64,000 nt of DNA from Eledone cirrhosa (Eukaryota): assembly GCA_964016885.1 (NCBI GenBank), contig OZ024743.1, forward strand, positions 101,184,001 through 101,248,000. The letters are read 5' to 3'. The number at the start of each line of letters is the position of its first letter. The first letter of the stretch is position 1. Shown here piece by piece: positions 17,101 to 28,738 of this stretch. A program made the position numbers and the translations under genes. Under the pieces are notes generated by a model. That model was not told the origin of the DNA and did no database searches. It was given only the letters and a program-made list of their open reading frames with translations.

Positions 17101-18815
17101 CAGGTAATATCAGCGGTGGAAATACCAATGGAACAGGTAATATCAGCGGTAGAAATACCAATGGAACAGGTAATATCAGTGGTGGAAATACCAAGGGAAC
17201 AGGTAATATCAGCGGTGGAAATACCAAGAGAACAGGTAATATCAGCGGGAGAAATACCAAGGGAACAGGTAATATCAGTGGTGGAAATACCAATGGAACA
17301 GGTAATATCAGTGGTGGAAATACCAAGGGAACAGGTAATATCAGCGGTGGAAATATCAATGGAACAGGTAATATCAGTGGTGGAAATACCAATGGAACAG
17401 GTAATTTCAGCGGTGGAAATACCAAGGGAACAGGTAATATCAGTGGTGGAAATACCAAGGGAACAGGTAATATCAGTGGTGGAAATACCAATGGATCAGG
17501 TAATATCAGTGGTGGAAATACCAATGGAACAGGTAATATCAGTGGTGGAAATACCAATGGAACAGGTAATATCAGCGGTGGAAATACCAATGGAACAGGT
17601 AATATCAGTGGTGGAAATACCAAGGGAACAGGTAATATCAGTGGTGGAAATACCAATGGAACAGGTAATATCAGTGGTGGAAATACCAATGGAACAGGTA
17701 ATATCAGCGGTGGAAATACCAAGGGAACAGGTAATATCAGTGGTGGAAATACCAATGGAACAGGTAATATCAGCGGTGGAAATACCAATGGAACAGGTAA
17801 TATCAGTGGTGGAAATACCAATGGAACAGGTAATATCAGCGGTGGAAATACCAAGGGAACAGGTAATATCAGCGGTGGAAATACCAATGGAACAGGTAAT
17901 ATCAGCGGTGGAAATACCAAGGGAACAGGTAATATCAGTGGTGGAAATACCAATGGAACAGGTAATATCAGCGGTGGAAATACCAATGGAACAGGTAATT
18001 TCAGTGGTGGAAATACCAATGGAACAGGTAATATCAGTGGTGGAAATACCAATGGAACAGGTAATATCAGCGGTGGAAATACCAATGGAACAGGTAATTT
18101 CAGTGGTGGAAATACCAATGGACCAGGTAATATCAGCGGTGGAAATACCAATGGAACAGGTAATATCAGTGGTGGAAATACCAATGGAACAGGTAATATC
18201 AGTGGTGGAAATACCAAGGGAACAGGTAATTTCAGTGGTGGAAATACCAATGGAACAGGTAATATCAGTGGTGGAAATACCAATGGAACAGGTAATATCA
18301 GCGGTGGAAATACCAAGGGAACAGGTAATATCAGTGGTGGAAATACCAATGGAACAGGTAATATCAGCGGTGGAAATACCAAGGGAACAGGTAATATCAA
18401 TGGTGGAAATACCAAGGGAACAGGTAATTTCAGTGGTGGAAATATCAAGGGAACAGGTAATATCAGCGGTGGAAATATCAAGGGAACAGGTAATTTCAGT
18501 GGTGGAAATACCAAGGGAACAGGTAATTTCAGTGGTGGAAATACCAATGGAACAGGTAATATCAGTGGTGGAAATACCAATGGAACAGGTAATATCAGTG
18601 GTGGAAATACCAAGGGAACAGTTAATATCAGCGGTGGAAATACCAAGGGAACAGGTAATATCAGTGGTGGAAATACCAATGGAACAGGTAATTTCAGTGG
18701 TGGAAATACCAAGGGAACAGGTAATATCAGTGGTGGAAATACCAAGGGAACAGGTAATATCAGTGGTGGAAATACCAATGGAACAGGTAATATTAGCGGT
18801 GGAAATACCAATGGA
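11175..18815. repeat. 30-bp minisatellite array (~255 units), consensus GGAACAGGTAAT(A/T)TCAG(T/C)GGTGGAAATACCAA(T/G) written with overlap at the unit junction
   Basis: Highly homogeneous tandem units, giving 10-aa periodicity in the ORF track (EQVISVVEIP[R/M], GTGNISGGNT[N/K] family). A few indels at ~12913, 13390, 14017, 15824 and 16630. Confidence 0.97.
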
Positions 18816-19195
18816 ATCACTGTTTCCTTGGTCGGATCTGACAATTGCCTCCTTTCTTTCATACCAAGTCGCCTAAATACGCTCCTGGTTCTACGCAGTT
18901 CCGGATTTACGATTGTGCTTAGGTGTGTTTAAGCACAGGGCTCCGTTGGCCAGGGGGCCCAATTTTCCCGCCAAGAAAAGTTTTAAACTCCTTCAGGCTC
19001 CAAGTAAGGGGCCTCATAACTTAACTAGTACAAACCCTCATTTGTCCTAAGTATGGAACTGGTTCTACGCAACAAAACCAGCAACCGTGTTGTTATATTC
19101 TATTTCCTTTACAACATAAATTCTTTAATTCCTTCCCAGCAGACATTCTTAGAAATTGATTCAATGTGTTTCAGTTTTACTGTATCTTGCTAGAA

Positions 19196-19618
19196 GGTGA
19201 GGTTGTTAGGGTACAGGTGAGGTTGTTGGGGTACAGGTGAGGTTGTTAGGACACAGGTGAGGTTGTTGGGACACAAGTGAGGTTTTTAGGATGTCAGATG
19301 AGGTTGTTAGGATGTCAGGTGAGGTTGTTAGGACACAGGTGAGGTTGTTAGGATGTCAGGTGTCAGGTGAGGTTGTTAGAATGTCAGGTGAGGTTGTTAG
19401 GATTTCAGGTGAGGTTGTTAGGGCACAGGTGAGGTTGTTAGGATGTCAATTGAGGTTGTTAGGATGTCAGGTGTCAGGTGAGGTTGTTAGGATGTCAGGT
19501 GAAGTTGATAGGATGTCAGGTGAGGTTGTTAGGATGTCAGGTGAGGTTGTTAGGATGTCAGGTGTCAGGTGAGGTTGTTAGGATGTCAGGTGAGGTTGAT
19601 AGGATGTCAGGTGAGGTT
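19196..19618. repeat. 20-21-bp tandem repeat GGTGAGGTTGTTAGGATGTCA (~20 units)
   Basis: Direct tandem units, some with an extra GGTGTCA. Confidence 0.93.
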
Positions 19619-19629
19619 ATATATATATG

Positions 19630-19790
19630 TACATGTGTATATACATATTTACACACTTTTGGAGTAAACTTGGTGGGGAGGGTGATTTTGGACACCCTGC
19701 AGGACAAAAAACAGAACCTGACAAAGGGCGGAAGAACTCATAAGAGTCAACGGCCATCCAAAAGTGTGTAGATATGTATACATACATACA
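19630..19790. mobile_element. Rearranged fragment of the RTE-like 5'UTR family also found at 52770-53120
   Basis: 19654-19790 is the near reverse complement of ~52900-53022; the ORF track shows the same peptide (VILDTLQDKKQNL-KGGRTHKSQR-SKSV) at both loci. Confidence 0.7.
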
Positions 19791-20184
19791 TATATACATA
19801 CATATATTCTATTTATACATTTATACATTCATAACACCCCCACACATACACAAGTATATACACCCGCATGTACATAAAGGGTAAATATGTACCCACTCTC
19901 TCCAGTAAGCCGTTGTTTCACTCTAGTTTTGCCGGTGATCAAACGTCATTTCAATAATTAGGTGATCAGCTCTCATTCATCTTAGTTGATTGATCTATTC
20001 TCATTGTTTATCTATTTATTTTATTATTATTTTTATCAAGTGGATTAGCAGCATATGAAGGGGTGAAATAACTACTGCTAGGTATCGTAACCATCTGGCA
20101 TATTTAGTCTCATCGCAGTAACTCGACACGCAAAAAATAGTAGCGAAATTACCTTGAATAAAAAACACTACAATCTTAAAAATT

Positions 20185-20360
20185 GTTTCTACTTTTGGCA
20201 CAATGCCAGCAATTACTCCAGTGCATTACTGGTACTTTATTTTATCGACCCCGTAAGGATGAAAGGCAAAGTTAACCTCAGCGGGATTTGAACTCAGAAC
20301 ATAAAGGACCATAAATCTGGCATGGTGTCCTCTACCGATACTGCCAATCCACCGCCCTTA
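20185..20360 (-). mobile_element. tRNA-derived SINE, octopus-type family
   Basis: Contains GGTACTTTATTTTATCGACCCCGTAAGGATGAAAGGCAAAGTTAACCTCAGCGGGATTTGAACTCAGAAC, a motif that recurs at 33.1-33.9, 36.05-36.4 and 38.7-38.9 kb. The reverse strand has a B-box-like GAGTTCAAATCC. Confidence 0.8.
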
Positions 20361-20779
20361 AGATATCCATACTTAAATACACTCAAAAACGCACGCACAC
20401 TCACACTCATATATACATGTGTAAAATCCTGACAATCGAACATGATTTCGTAGTTTAGAACATGCTTTCGTTAAGGGTTTTAGGCGCCCCCCATATGATC
20501 ACGAACAGACACAACTGGCCTATTAGACCAGTGCTCTCAGAAACTTAGTTCACCTCCACCTTTCTTCAATTCCTCCCTCATTTTGAATTGTCATCTAGAA
20601 ATCTTTTCACCATTATACTTTTACAATGTTGAATATTAAGAGTTTATTAAAGCAAATTACTTTATTAATTGCATTTATATACCCCCCCCCACACACACAC
20701 ACACCACACACCAACCCACCCCACACACCTACCCCCCAAAAAAATTCTGACGCCAATGAATCATAAAATTATTTGATTT

Positions 20780-21480
20780 AATCCCTAAATATGTTGTTAG
20801 GAAGACTTAAAGCACTTTATTAAGAGCTGTCGAAACTTCCTTTGATTTAATACCCACTTTGACATAGAAAGGAACTAGACTAGAAAGACAAGGAACAAAT
20901 CTAGATTTTGTTTACTGGAAGGTCACCACACTTTTAAATGTTGAGATGTCCTCGTTTTTTGCTCAATATATTCCTAATTACACTGAAGGTACATTCAAGT
21001 AAATATGTTGTTGGGAAAAGACAAAAACACTTGCTGAGCCTCTGTATTGCTATATTTGACAACAATTGGGAGATCCAGTTATATGAAATGTTGTTTCACA
21101 ATGTCATAACATGTCCTCGTTGGTCTGTTCAGACACCATTTTAGCCATGAAGTTATTATTTTCCTTAATTAAAAAGACATGGCTAAAATCATCATGCAGT
21201 TTGGAGAAGTGTTTCGAGATAAAGTTCATCTACTTCAGATCAATTAATCTGTTGCTAGGATCATCATGTATGTTGGTGAAGTGTTTTAAGATAAAACCAA
21301 ATACTTGGATTTTGCAATCCATGAAAATATTTAATTTAACAAAAACCTCAGCAAGATACAAAATAACTTCACTAGATTTCACCAACAGAAAGTCTCCACA
21401 ATCTCTAATAAAGTTTAACAAAGTATCACACAAGGCAATGAAACTTTATAGACAACTCCCTTTTGATAGCCATCGTGCAC
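20780..21480 (-). pseudogene. Decayed hAT (Buster/Charlie, SCAND3/ZBED5-like) DNA transposase fragment
   Basis: Minus strand near 21478 reads ARWLSKGSCL*SFIAL (Buster RWLS[R/K]G motif), followed by VILYLAEVFVKLNI (cf. LAYLSDIFEKLN). Contains stops and frameshifts; left boundary approximate. Confidence 0.65.
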
Positions 21481-22197
21481 AGGGGCGGTGGAAGTATTTC
21501 TGAACGGGGTGGGGCGTTGGTCAATTTAGTTGTAGTGATTAGTTTAGCTATTATTATCAAATATCAACCAAGATAAAAAAAAAATTCGATATGCGATAAA
21601 CATAACATGTACATAAATTGCAGCACATATACAAATAAATGTGTGTTTTGGTAGTTTGGGGAGAGAAATATAATTATTGAGTGAAGGGGGCGTGTCCCTC
21701 CCCAGTTCCATCACCCTTAGTATATGAGTCTGGAGAAACAGCCTCTCATAATCTCCATTCAATCCTCACAGAAATCATTGAACAATCTTTATTAATTCGT
21801 GACCAATCTTCTAGTTAGGTATATTGGTATTTCACTTGATATATACACGATGTAAACTATTCTTTCATAGCTTTCCACTCCTACCCTGATTAACATTCTT
21901 CTCCAATTCATCCCTTGACTGTATTTCCTCCCTTGGGATTCGAAATACCTCACCTGGTCCCCAGGTGTCTTCTATTTGAGAATCACTGTTCTAGCCCCCG
22001 CCCCCCTCCTCCCCTCCAATCTCTGTTGCAGTGGAACATCTAGCATGTGAAAGCTACAAGGAGAGAGGGCTGCACTAGCTGACTGGAAACTTTCTTTTAT
22101 TGATCTCGAAAGATTGAATGGCAAAGAAGACCTTGTTGGAATTTGAACTCACAGCACAGAGAGTTGATCAAATACCCAATGCCCGTGCCGTAACGAC

Positions 22198-22313
<116 letters not shown>

Positions 22314-22460
22314 ATTAAAATACTTGAGTGCGTTAGAGTTAAACACACTCGTCGTATTAGAGAAATGACAGTATAAGATATAGCTCAATGTAATCTAACA
22401 GAGCCGAAAAATGATAAAAAATAAACAAAGAAGCCTTCAATACATCAAAAGTCTTTATTA

Positions 22461-22501
22461 GCTGACAATGTTTTGTCCCATTAATAAGGACTCATCAGAG
22501 C
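22461..22501 (-). ncRNA. Minimal type I hammerhead ribozyme motif, family A (GAAA mutated to AAAA)
   Basis: Minus strand reads GCT-CTGATGA-GTCC-ttattaatg-GGAC-AAAA-CattG-TC-AGC, then TAATAAA. Stem I GCT/AGC, stem II GTCC/GGAC, GUC cleavage triplet. Confidence 0.7.
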
Positions 22502-23328
22502 AAGTAAAGAGACAAGAAGCATTAACGGCCAGAACAAGCCAAAACTCAGAAGAACAGGGAATTTATATCTATGAAAACTTAGGAAAGACATCATGGAAAG
22601 ACATGCTAAAGCTAAAAGTGTGCATTTGCAAATATAGACTATAGGGCAAGAGAGCCAGTAATATGTCAAACCCACGTTGAAAGAACAATATAAGACAAAT
22701 ACATGAAACACAACATGGTAATACAATATGAGAATTATAATATGATATAGAATACAATATAATGGATAATAAGAAATAAAAAGCTTAATATATATGTATA
22801 TATATATATATATATATATCCATATATATACACATTTACACAAACACATACTAACACTTATTTAAATATTTAAATATAAGTATACTCGTTATAATATAAT
22901 AATCATTATAAAAGCATAATCACCCTGACGGTATGCATAAACAATATCAAAGACAATGGAATAATATACTGACATTAAAAATATATATATATAATATAGC
23001 ATAATATAGCATTATATATAATATAGCATAATCACCCTGACGGTCTGCATAAACAATATCAAAAACAATGGAATAATATACTGACATTAAAAAATATATA
23101 AAACTACATCATACGTATCATTTAAGGTCAACAAATTGTATATAAAGTTTTTCACAGGGTAAGAAAAAATATCATATAAAAATAAAGTATGGTGAAAAAA
23201 TATATATAACTATATATAATATTGACAATAAATATCCAGAGGTATATGCAGTTCAAATTCATAAAATATTACAAAATATCGGACATGTATATATAATTCA
23301 ATTACATAAAAATAATATGATATATTAA

Positions 23329-23963
23329 GGCATAGGTTAAGAATAACGTCCTCGAAAGTGAAAGTCATTTTTATGACAAGTGAATGTGTTTTTTTTTTTT
23401 TTTTTACATTGAAAGTTACGATACAGTTTGTTTATTTACAACAGGTCTCTATAGTGATATGGTGTTAATTAGTATTGCGTGTGTGATTATTTTCTCTTAT
23501 ATATATATGTGTGGGTGTGTATATGTGTGTATATATATGTGTGTCTGTATGTATATATATATGTGTTTGTATATATATGTGTTTGTGTCATCATCATCGT
23601 TTAGATGTTTTTGTAATATCTTGCCAAAGTTGGCACCAACTATAAACAAATTAAGGCCGGGTCATAAGAAGGACAGAGAAAGATAAGGGATTTGGGTAAA
23701 AACATCTAAACGATGATGATGAAACAAACACATATATATATACATACAGACACACATATATATACACACATATACACACCCACACATATATATATAAGAG
23801 AAAATAATCACACACGCAATACTAATTAACACCATATCGCTATAGAGACCTGTTGTAAATAAACAAACTGTATCGTAACTTTCAATGTAAAAAAAAAAAA
23901 AAACACACTCACTTGTCCTAAAAATGACTTTCACTTTCGAGGACGTTATTCTTAACATATGCC
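23329..23963. repeat. Long inverted repeat: arms ~23329-23612 and ~23698-23963, ~85-bp spacer
   Basis: Arms are near reverse complements; the same peptide (YIESYDTVCLFTTGLYSDMV) appears on both strands in the ORF track. Confidence 0.92.
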
Positions 23964-24597
23964 ATATATTAATGTTAATATTACAATAGCAGACACACAG
24001 AATCAATGGAAAATGCTTAAGACATGTTTACGCGATGCATACAAATAGACATATCAGGAGACAATAACAAATGATAGGAGAACAGACAGCATGTGGTAGT
24101 AAAAAAATAAAATAAAACGAAGAACAAAAACAAAAACAAGCACAGACACGTAGGCGTTACAAGTCATTAGGTAAATATAGATAATATTACTATTCTGGAT
24201 CAAAGAATTAAATTGAAAACCTTATTAAATTAATTAATACTAAAACTGTTTAAAAGACATTATGGGTCACTTCATATGGAATAAAATTTAAGTCATCAAA
24301 GTCGAATAAAATTAAGATATTTCAATAAGAAAGCTAAAGGATCTATCAAGATATATTACGATCCGTCCAGACGAATTACGTTATCAAGGAAAAAAACTCT
24401 AAATAAAACTATGGTAGACTAATGGGAACAGAAAGAAGTAGAACTATGGAGGGTAGGAAGGAGCATAAAAGTAAAAATTTATATATAATCAATATAAATT
24501 GACCATATATAAATTTTATATATAATATTAAATATAATATTATTTTCATCCCAACCAGGGATGAAAATAAAGATAGAAACTTATAAGGCGACAATGG

Positions 24598-24661
24598 TGA
24601 GTCCTTATTAATGGTGAGTCCTTATTAATGAGTCCTTATTAATGGGACGAAACATTGTCAG

Positions 24662-24665
<4 letters not shown>
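24598..24665 (+). ncRNA. Hammerhead family A copy with intact GAAA/GUC but the 5' CUG of the core replaced by tandem slippage duplications
   Basis: TGAGTCCTTATTAATG repeated three times, ending GGACGAAACATTGTCAGCTAA; inverted copy of 22461-22501. Confidence 0.62.
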
Positions 24666-24719
<54 letters not shown>

Positions 24720-24761
24720 AAATAACAGATTAAAGTTTAAGCAAAGAATCGCTGCTTTCAC

Positions 24762-24818
<57 letters not shown>

Positions 24819-24884
24819 AAGCCCCAACCGTTAAGGTTGTCTTTTTTTCCGGGTATGTCAATATTTATTTATAAAACAAATCTG

Positions 24885-24950
24885 TATTTTATCTGATGAA
24901 AGCGCACCATAATTTGCCTTGGTTGCCCTTGAAATATGTATAATAAAATA
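24885..24950 (+). ncRNA. Type I hammerhead ribozyme motif, family B, core intact
   Basis: TATTTTAT-CTGATGA-AAGCGCACC..GGTTGCCCTT-GAAA-TATGTA-TA-ATAAAATA. Perfect 8-bp stem I, imperfect stem II, quasi-palindromic stem III, AUA triplet. Confidence 0.72.
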
Positions 24951-25225
24951 AATATGGTTTATAAATATAGTTTCCATTTATTAATATATTGTATATATAT
25001 TGTATATATATATATTTCGTTTCTGAATTTGTTTAGCAAGATTCTTTATCTGAAAACGTGTGTTGAAACCGATATTGTTATACTTTGGGAGGGTCATGTT
25101 GCCAATAAGAAACACACGCACCAGTTGCTTTCACTTCAATTTATTATAATAAATTTATAAATTTAGGAATTTATAAATTTCCGGTTGGTTGGTTGGTTCC
25201 ACAACCAGATGGTTGTTTATATATT

Positions 25226-25268
25226 GTCAAAGTTCTTTCGTCACACATTCTGTGACCTCTTCAGTGAC
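25226..25268 (-). ncRNA. Minimal hammerhead motif, family C
   Basis: Reverse complement is GTCA-CTGAAGA-G-GTCACA-gaatg-TGTGAC-GAAA-GaaC-TT-TGAC. Confidence 0.68.
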
Positions 25269-25365
25269 TGGGGATTCTTTTCTTTGTTTTTGTGCCTCTC
25301 CTTTGTTCTGTCCTACGCCTTATTTCAGAAACAAGATGGCACAAAAACAAAGAAAAAAATCCCCA

Positions 25366-25408
25366 GTCACTGAAGAGGTCACAGAATGTGTGACGAAAGA
25401 ACTTTGAC
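25366..25408 (+). ncRNA. Minimal hammerhead motif, family C
   Basis: GTCA-CTGAAGA-G-GTCACA-gaatg-TGTGAC-GAAA-GaaC-TT-TGAC. Stem I GTCA/TGAC, one extra G at the base of stem II, CUU triplet. Confidence 0.68.
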
Positions 25409-25581
25409 AATATATAAACAACCATCTGGTTGTGGAACCAACCAACCAACCAACCAGAAATTTATAAATTCCTAAATTTATAAATTTATTATAATAAATT
25501 GAAGTGAAAGCAACTGGTGCGTGTGTTTCTTATTCGCAACATGACCCTCCCAAAGTATAACAATATATATATATATATATA

Positions 25582-25720
25582 CTAGCAGAATGGCCCGGCG
25601 TTGCTCGGGATATGCTCTAGGGTTCTTATATATTTGATATATATTTATCCTTATCGAGCCTCGTGAAATAAATACGTTTGTTTATATTTTGTTATTGTGT
25701 ATACAAAAATATCTGTACAC

Positions 25721-25756
<36 letters not shown>

Positions 25757-26519
25757 ATAATTATATATATATATATTAAAATAACAGATTAAAGCTTAAG
25801 CAAAGAATCATTGCTTTCACACTTAACGGGATCTTCTGAAACTAAAAAAATCAATCTGTGAACGCAGAAAATGAATCGCTGCTTTCACCCTTAACTGGAT
25901 CTTCTACCTAAAAGCAGTATGAAGTACACTAAGACTAACTGATGTAATCGTTGACCCTGTTTGATTATATTTTGTTTTCGTGTATGCAAAAATATCTGTA
26001 CACGAATATCTATAATAAAATAACATATTAATGTTTAAGCAAAGAATCGCTGCTTTCAACCTTAACGGGATCTTCTGAAACTAAAAAAATCAATCTGTGA
26101 ACGCAGATGTAAATATTTCGAAAAACGTTTCAACCGAAGGAAAACAGGAAGACGATACTTTGGTTCGTGAAGACGTTCCCTGGCATAAGAATATATATAT
26201 ATACACACACACTATATATACATACACACACACACACTGATCGCGTCATAATGTCGTAATGCAGGCAGCCAGGCATACAGACATATTGCGAAGGCGCGAC
26301 GTCATATCTATGTATCTATCTAAAAAGAGAAAGACTAAGAGAAAGAGAAAGAGATCGCTAAATTGCCTAATGCGGTCCCTAGGGCATTGAAAATTGGAAA
26401 CTTCCGAGGCCATACGGGTTACATGTGTAAAGTTTGAAAAAAAACGGTTGGGTACTTCTCGAGTTTTAGGGAAACAGACACACAGACAGACATCCTCTGT
26501 TTTATATATATATATATAT
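25582..26519 (-). mobile_element. Non-autonomous Helitron-like element
   Basis: Minus-strand 3' end is CCCGAGCAACGCCGGG (hairpin)-CCATTCTG-CTAG|T. Minus-strand 5' end is TATATATAAAACAGAGGATGTCTGTCTGTGTGTCTG, with the canonical TC not distinguishable in (TA)n. Internal subrepeats at ~25777-25870 and ~26020-26110. Confidence 0.7.
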
Positions 26520-26647
26520 CCTTTGTTCTGTCCTACGCCATCTTGTTTTTGTGTGTGTTCTTGTTTGTTTTTGTGTGAACACACACAACAACAAGATGGC
26601 GTAGGACAGAACAAAGGAGAGGCACAAAACAAAGAAAAGAATCCCCG

Positions 26648-26690
26648 GTCACTGATGAGGTCACAGAATCTGTGACGAAAGAACTTTGAT
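26648..26690 (+). ncRNA. Minimal hammerhead motif, family C, canonical CUGAUGA core
   Basis: GTCA-CTGATGA-G-GTCACAG-aat-CTGTGAC-GAAA-GaaC-TT-TGAT (7-bp stem II). Confidence 0.72.
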
Positions 26691-27002
26691 AATATATAAA
26701 CAACCGTCCGGTTGTGGAACCAACCAACCAACCGGATTTTTATAATTTATAATTTTTTAATTTATAATTTAATTTATAATAATTTGGAGTGAAACAACTG
26801 GTGCGTGTGTTTCTTATTGGCAACATGACCCTCCCAAAGTATAACAATATCGGTTTCAACACACGCTTTCAGATAAAGAATCTTGCTAAACAAATTCAGA
26901 AACGATATATATATATATATTATGTTGTGTAACCACTTCTACCTAACTCGTCCCATGGACTGAGTGCTCTACCACTACGGATATTACCTTCCAGTGTTCT
27001 AC

Positions 27003-27037
<35 letters not shown>

Positions 27038-27381
27038 CACACAAACACACTCACAAACACACACACACATATGCACACATACACACATACACACACATAC
27101 ACACTCACACACATGTACACATACACACAAACACACACATATGCACACACACACACACACACACGCGCACACACTCACAAATACACACGTGTGTTTATGT
27201 CCCTATCCACCTCTGACTCTGTGTGTGTATGTGTGTATGTCTCTCACTCTGTGTGTGTGTTTATGTGTGTCTCTCACTCCGTGTGTGTGTTTATGTCTCC
27301 CCCCCCCCCAATACATATAATTATAAATTCTTTTTGTTCAGAACCATAACTGAATTTTGATAAGGAGTGTTTCAGTGCGTC

Positions 27382-27438
<57 letters not shown>

Positions 27439-27657
27439 CTGTGCGTGTTAGTGTGTTTGTGTGTTTGTGTGTGTGTGTTTCTGTGTGTGTGTTTGTGTGT
27501 GTGTGTGTTTCTGTGTGTGTGTTTCTGTGTGTGTGTGTTTCTGCGTGTGTGTTTCTGTGTGTGTGTTTCTGTGTGTGTGTGTGTGTGCCTGTGCGTGTGT
27601 TAGTGTGTTTGTGTACGTATATATGTATACGCACGCATACTCATATACATACTCACA

Positions 27658-27722
<65 letters not shown>

Positions 27723-27723
27723 G

Positions 27724-27757
<34 letters not shown>

Positions 27758-27770
27758 AGAATGTATGTAT

Positions 27771-27930
27771 ACGTACATACATATATGTATACAGACGTAC
27801 AGTAGCATGTATATATATACATACAGGCACACATATATATGCGGCAAACTGATACGTGCATATATATATGTGTGCCTGTATGTATATATATACATGCTAC
27901 TGTACGTCTGTATACATATATGTATGTACG
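27771..27930. repeat. Palindrome with ~72-bp arms and ~15-bp loop
   Basis: CGTACATACATATATGTATACAGACGTACAG... is mirrored by ...CTGTACGTCTGTATACATATATGTATGTACG. Confidence 0.88.
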
Positions 27931-28738
27931 CAACAGAAAGTGATGAAGAAGAAACAAGTCCCAGATTTCTATGAATATAAATTCGGTGGAATCGTGAACG
28001 AGAGAATAAAGACCATCAAACCTGGTTGAAATGTGAGCAAGGAAGGAATTTCGCACAGGTCTAACGGGAGGAAGAAGGGGTCTGGTCTGCGAATTCGGTA
28101 AACATAAGTTCTGTGAAGTCGCAGACGAGAGAGAGAGAGAAAAAAAATTCATACCGGCTTGGCCAAGTACCCGCGAGAAAAGGATTATGGACAGGTCAAA
28201 CGGGGAGAAGGGGGAGGAGGAGAGGTAGTGACAGAGAGTGAGTGAGTGAAAGGTGAGGAAGAGGCTAACAGAGAATGTAACCCATTTGCAGCGCCGCAGC
28301 TCCATTATTATCATATTTACACATATATTTTTTCCTCCGCTGCAACCAGTCTGTTTCGTTCTTTGTGTCTTTACCCTTTCTAGCAGTCTCTCTCTCCCTG
28401 TTAGCCTCTTCCTCACCTTTCACTCACTCACTCTCTGTCACTACCTCTCCTCTTCCCCCTTCTCCCCGTTTGACCTGTCCGTAATCCTTTTCTCGCGGGC
28501 ACTTGGCCAAGCCGGTATGAATTTTTTTTCTCTCTCTCTCGTCTGCGACTTCACAGAACTTATGTTTACCGAATTCGCAGACCAGACCCCTTCTTCCTCC
28601 CGTTAGACCTGTGCGAAATTCCTTCCTTGCTCACATTTCAACCAGGTTTGATGGTCTTTATTCTCTCGTTCACGATTCCACCGAATTTATATTCATAGAA
28701 ATCTGGGACTTGTTTCTTCTTCATCACTTTCTGTTGCT
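27930..28738. repeat. Long inverted repeat: arms ~27930-28271 and ~28398-28738
   Basis: ~340-bp arms are near-identical reverse complements; the same peptide ([25 protein letters not shown]) appears on both strands. Confidence 0.93.

Larger units (their letters stand above)
25072..25566. repeat. Fold-back inverted repeat (arms ~25072-25294 and ~25338-25566) of a putative Penelope-like pLTR module
   Basis: Arms are near-perfect reverse complements and each carries a family C HHR. A third copy of the module lies at ~26620-26905. Confidence 0.88.

Noticed and set aside
13439-18862. 1807-aa and other very long ORFs in the 30-bp array as real genes
   Set aside because: The unit lacks stops in several frames on both strands, and indels swap peptides mid-ORF. 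No unique domain is present, so not annotated as CDS.
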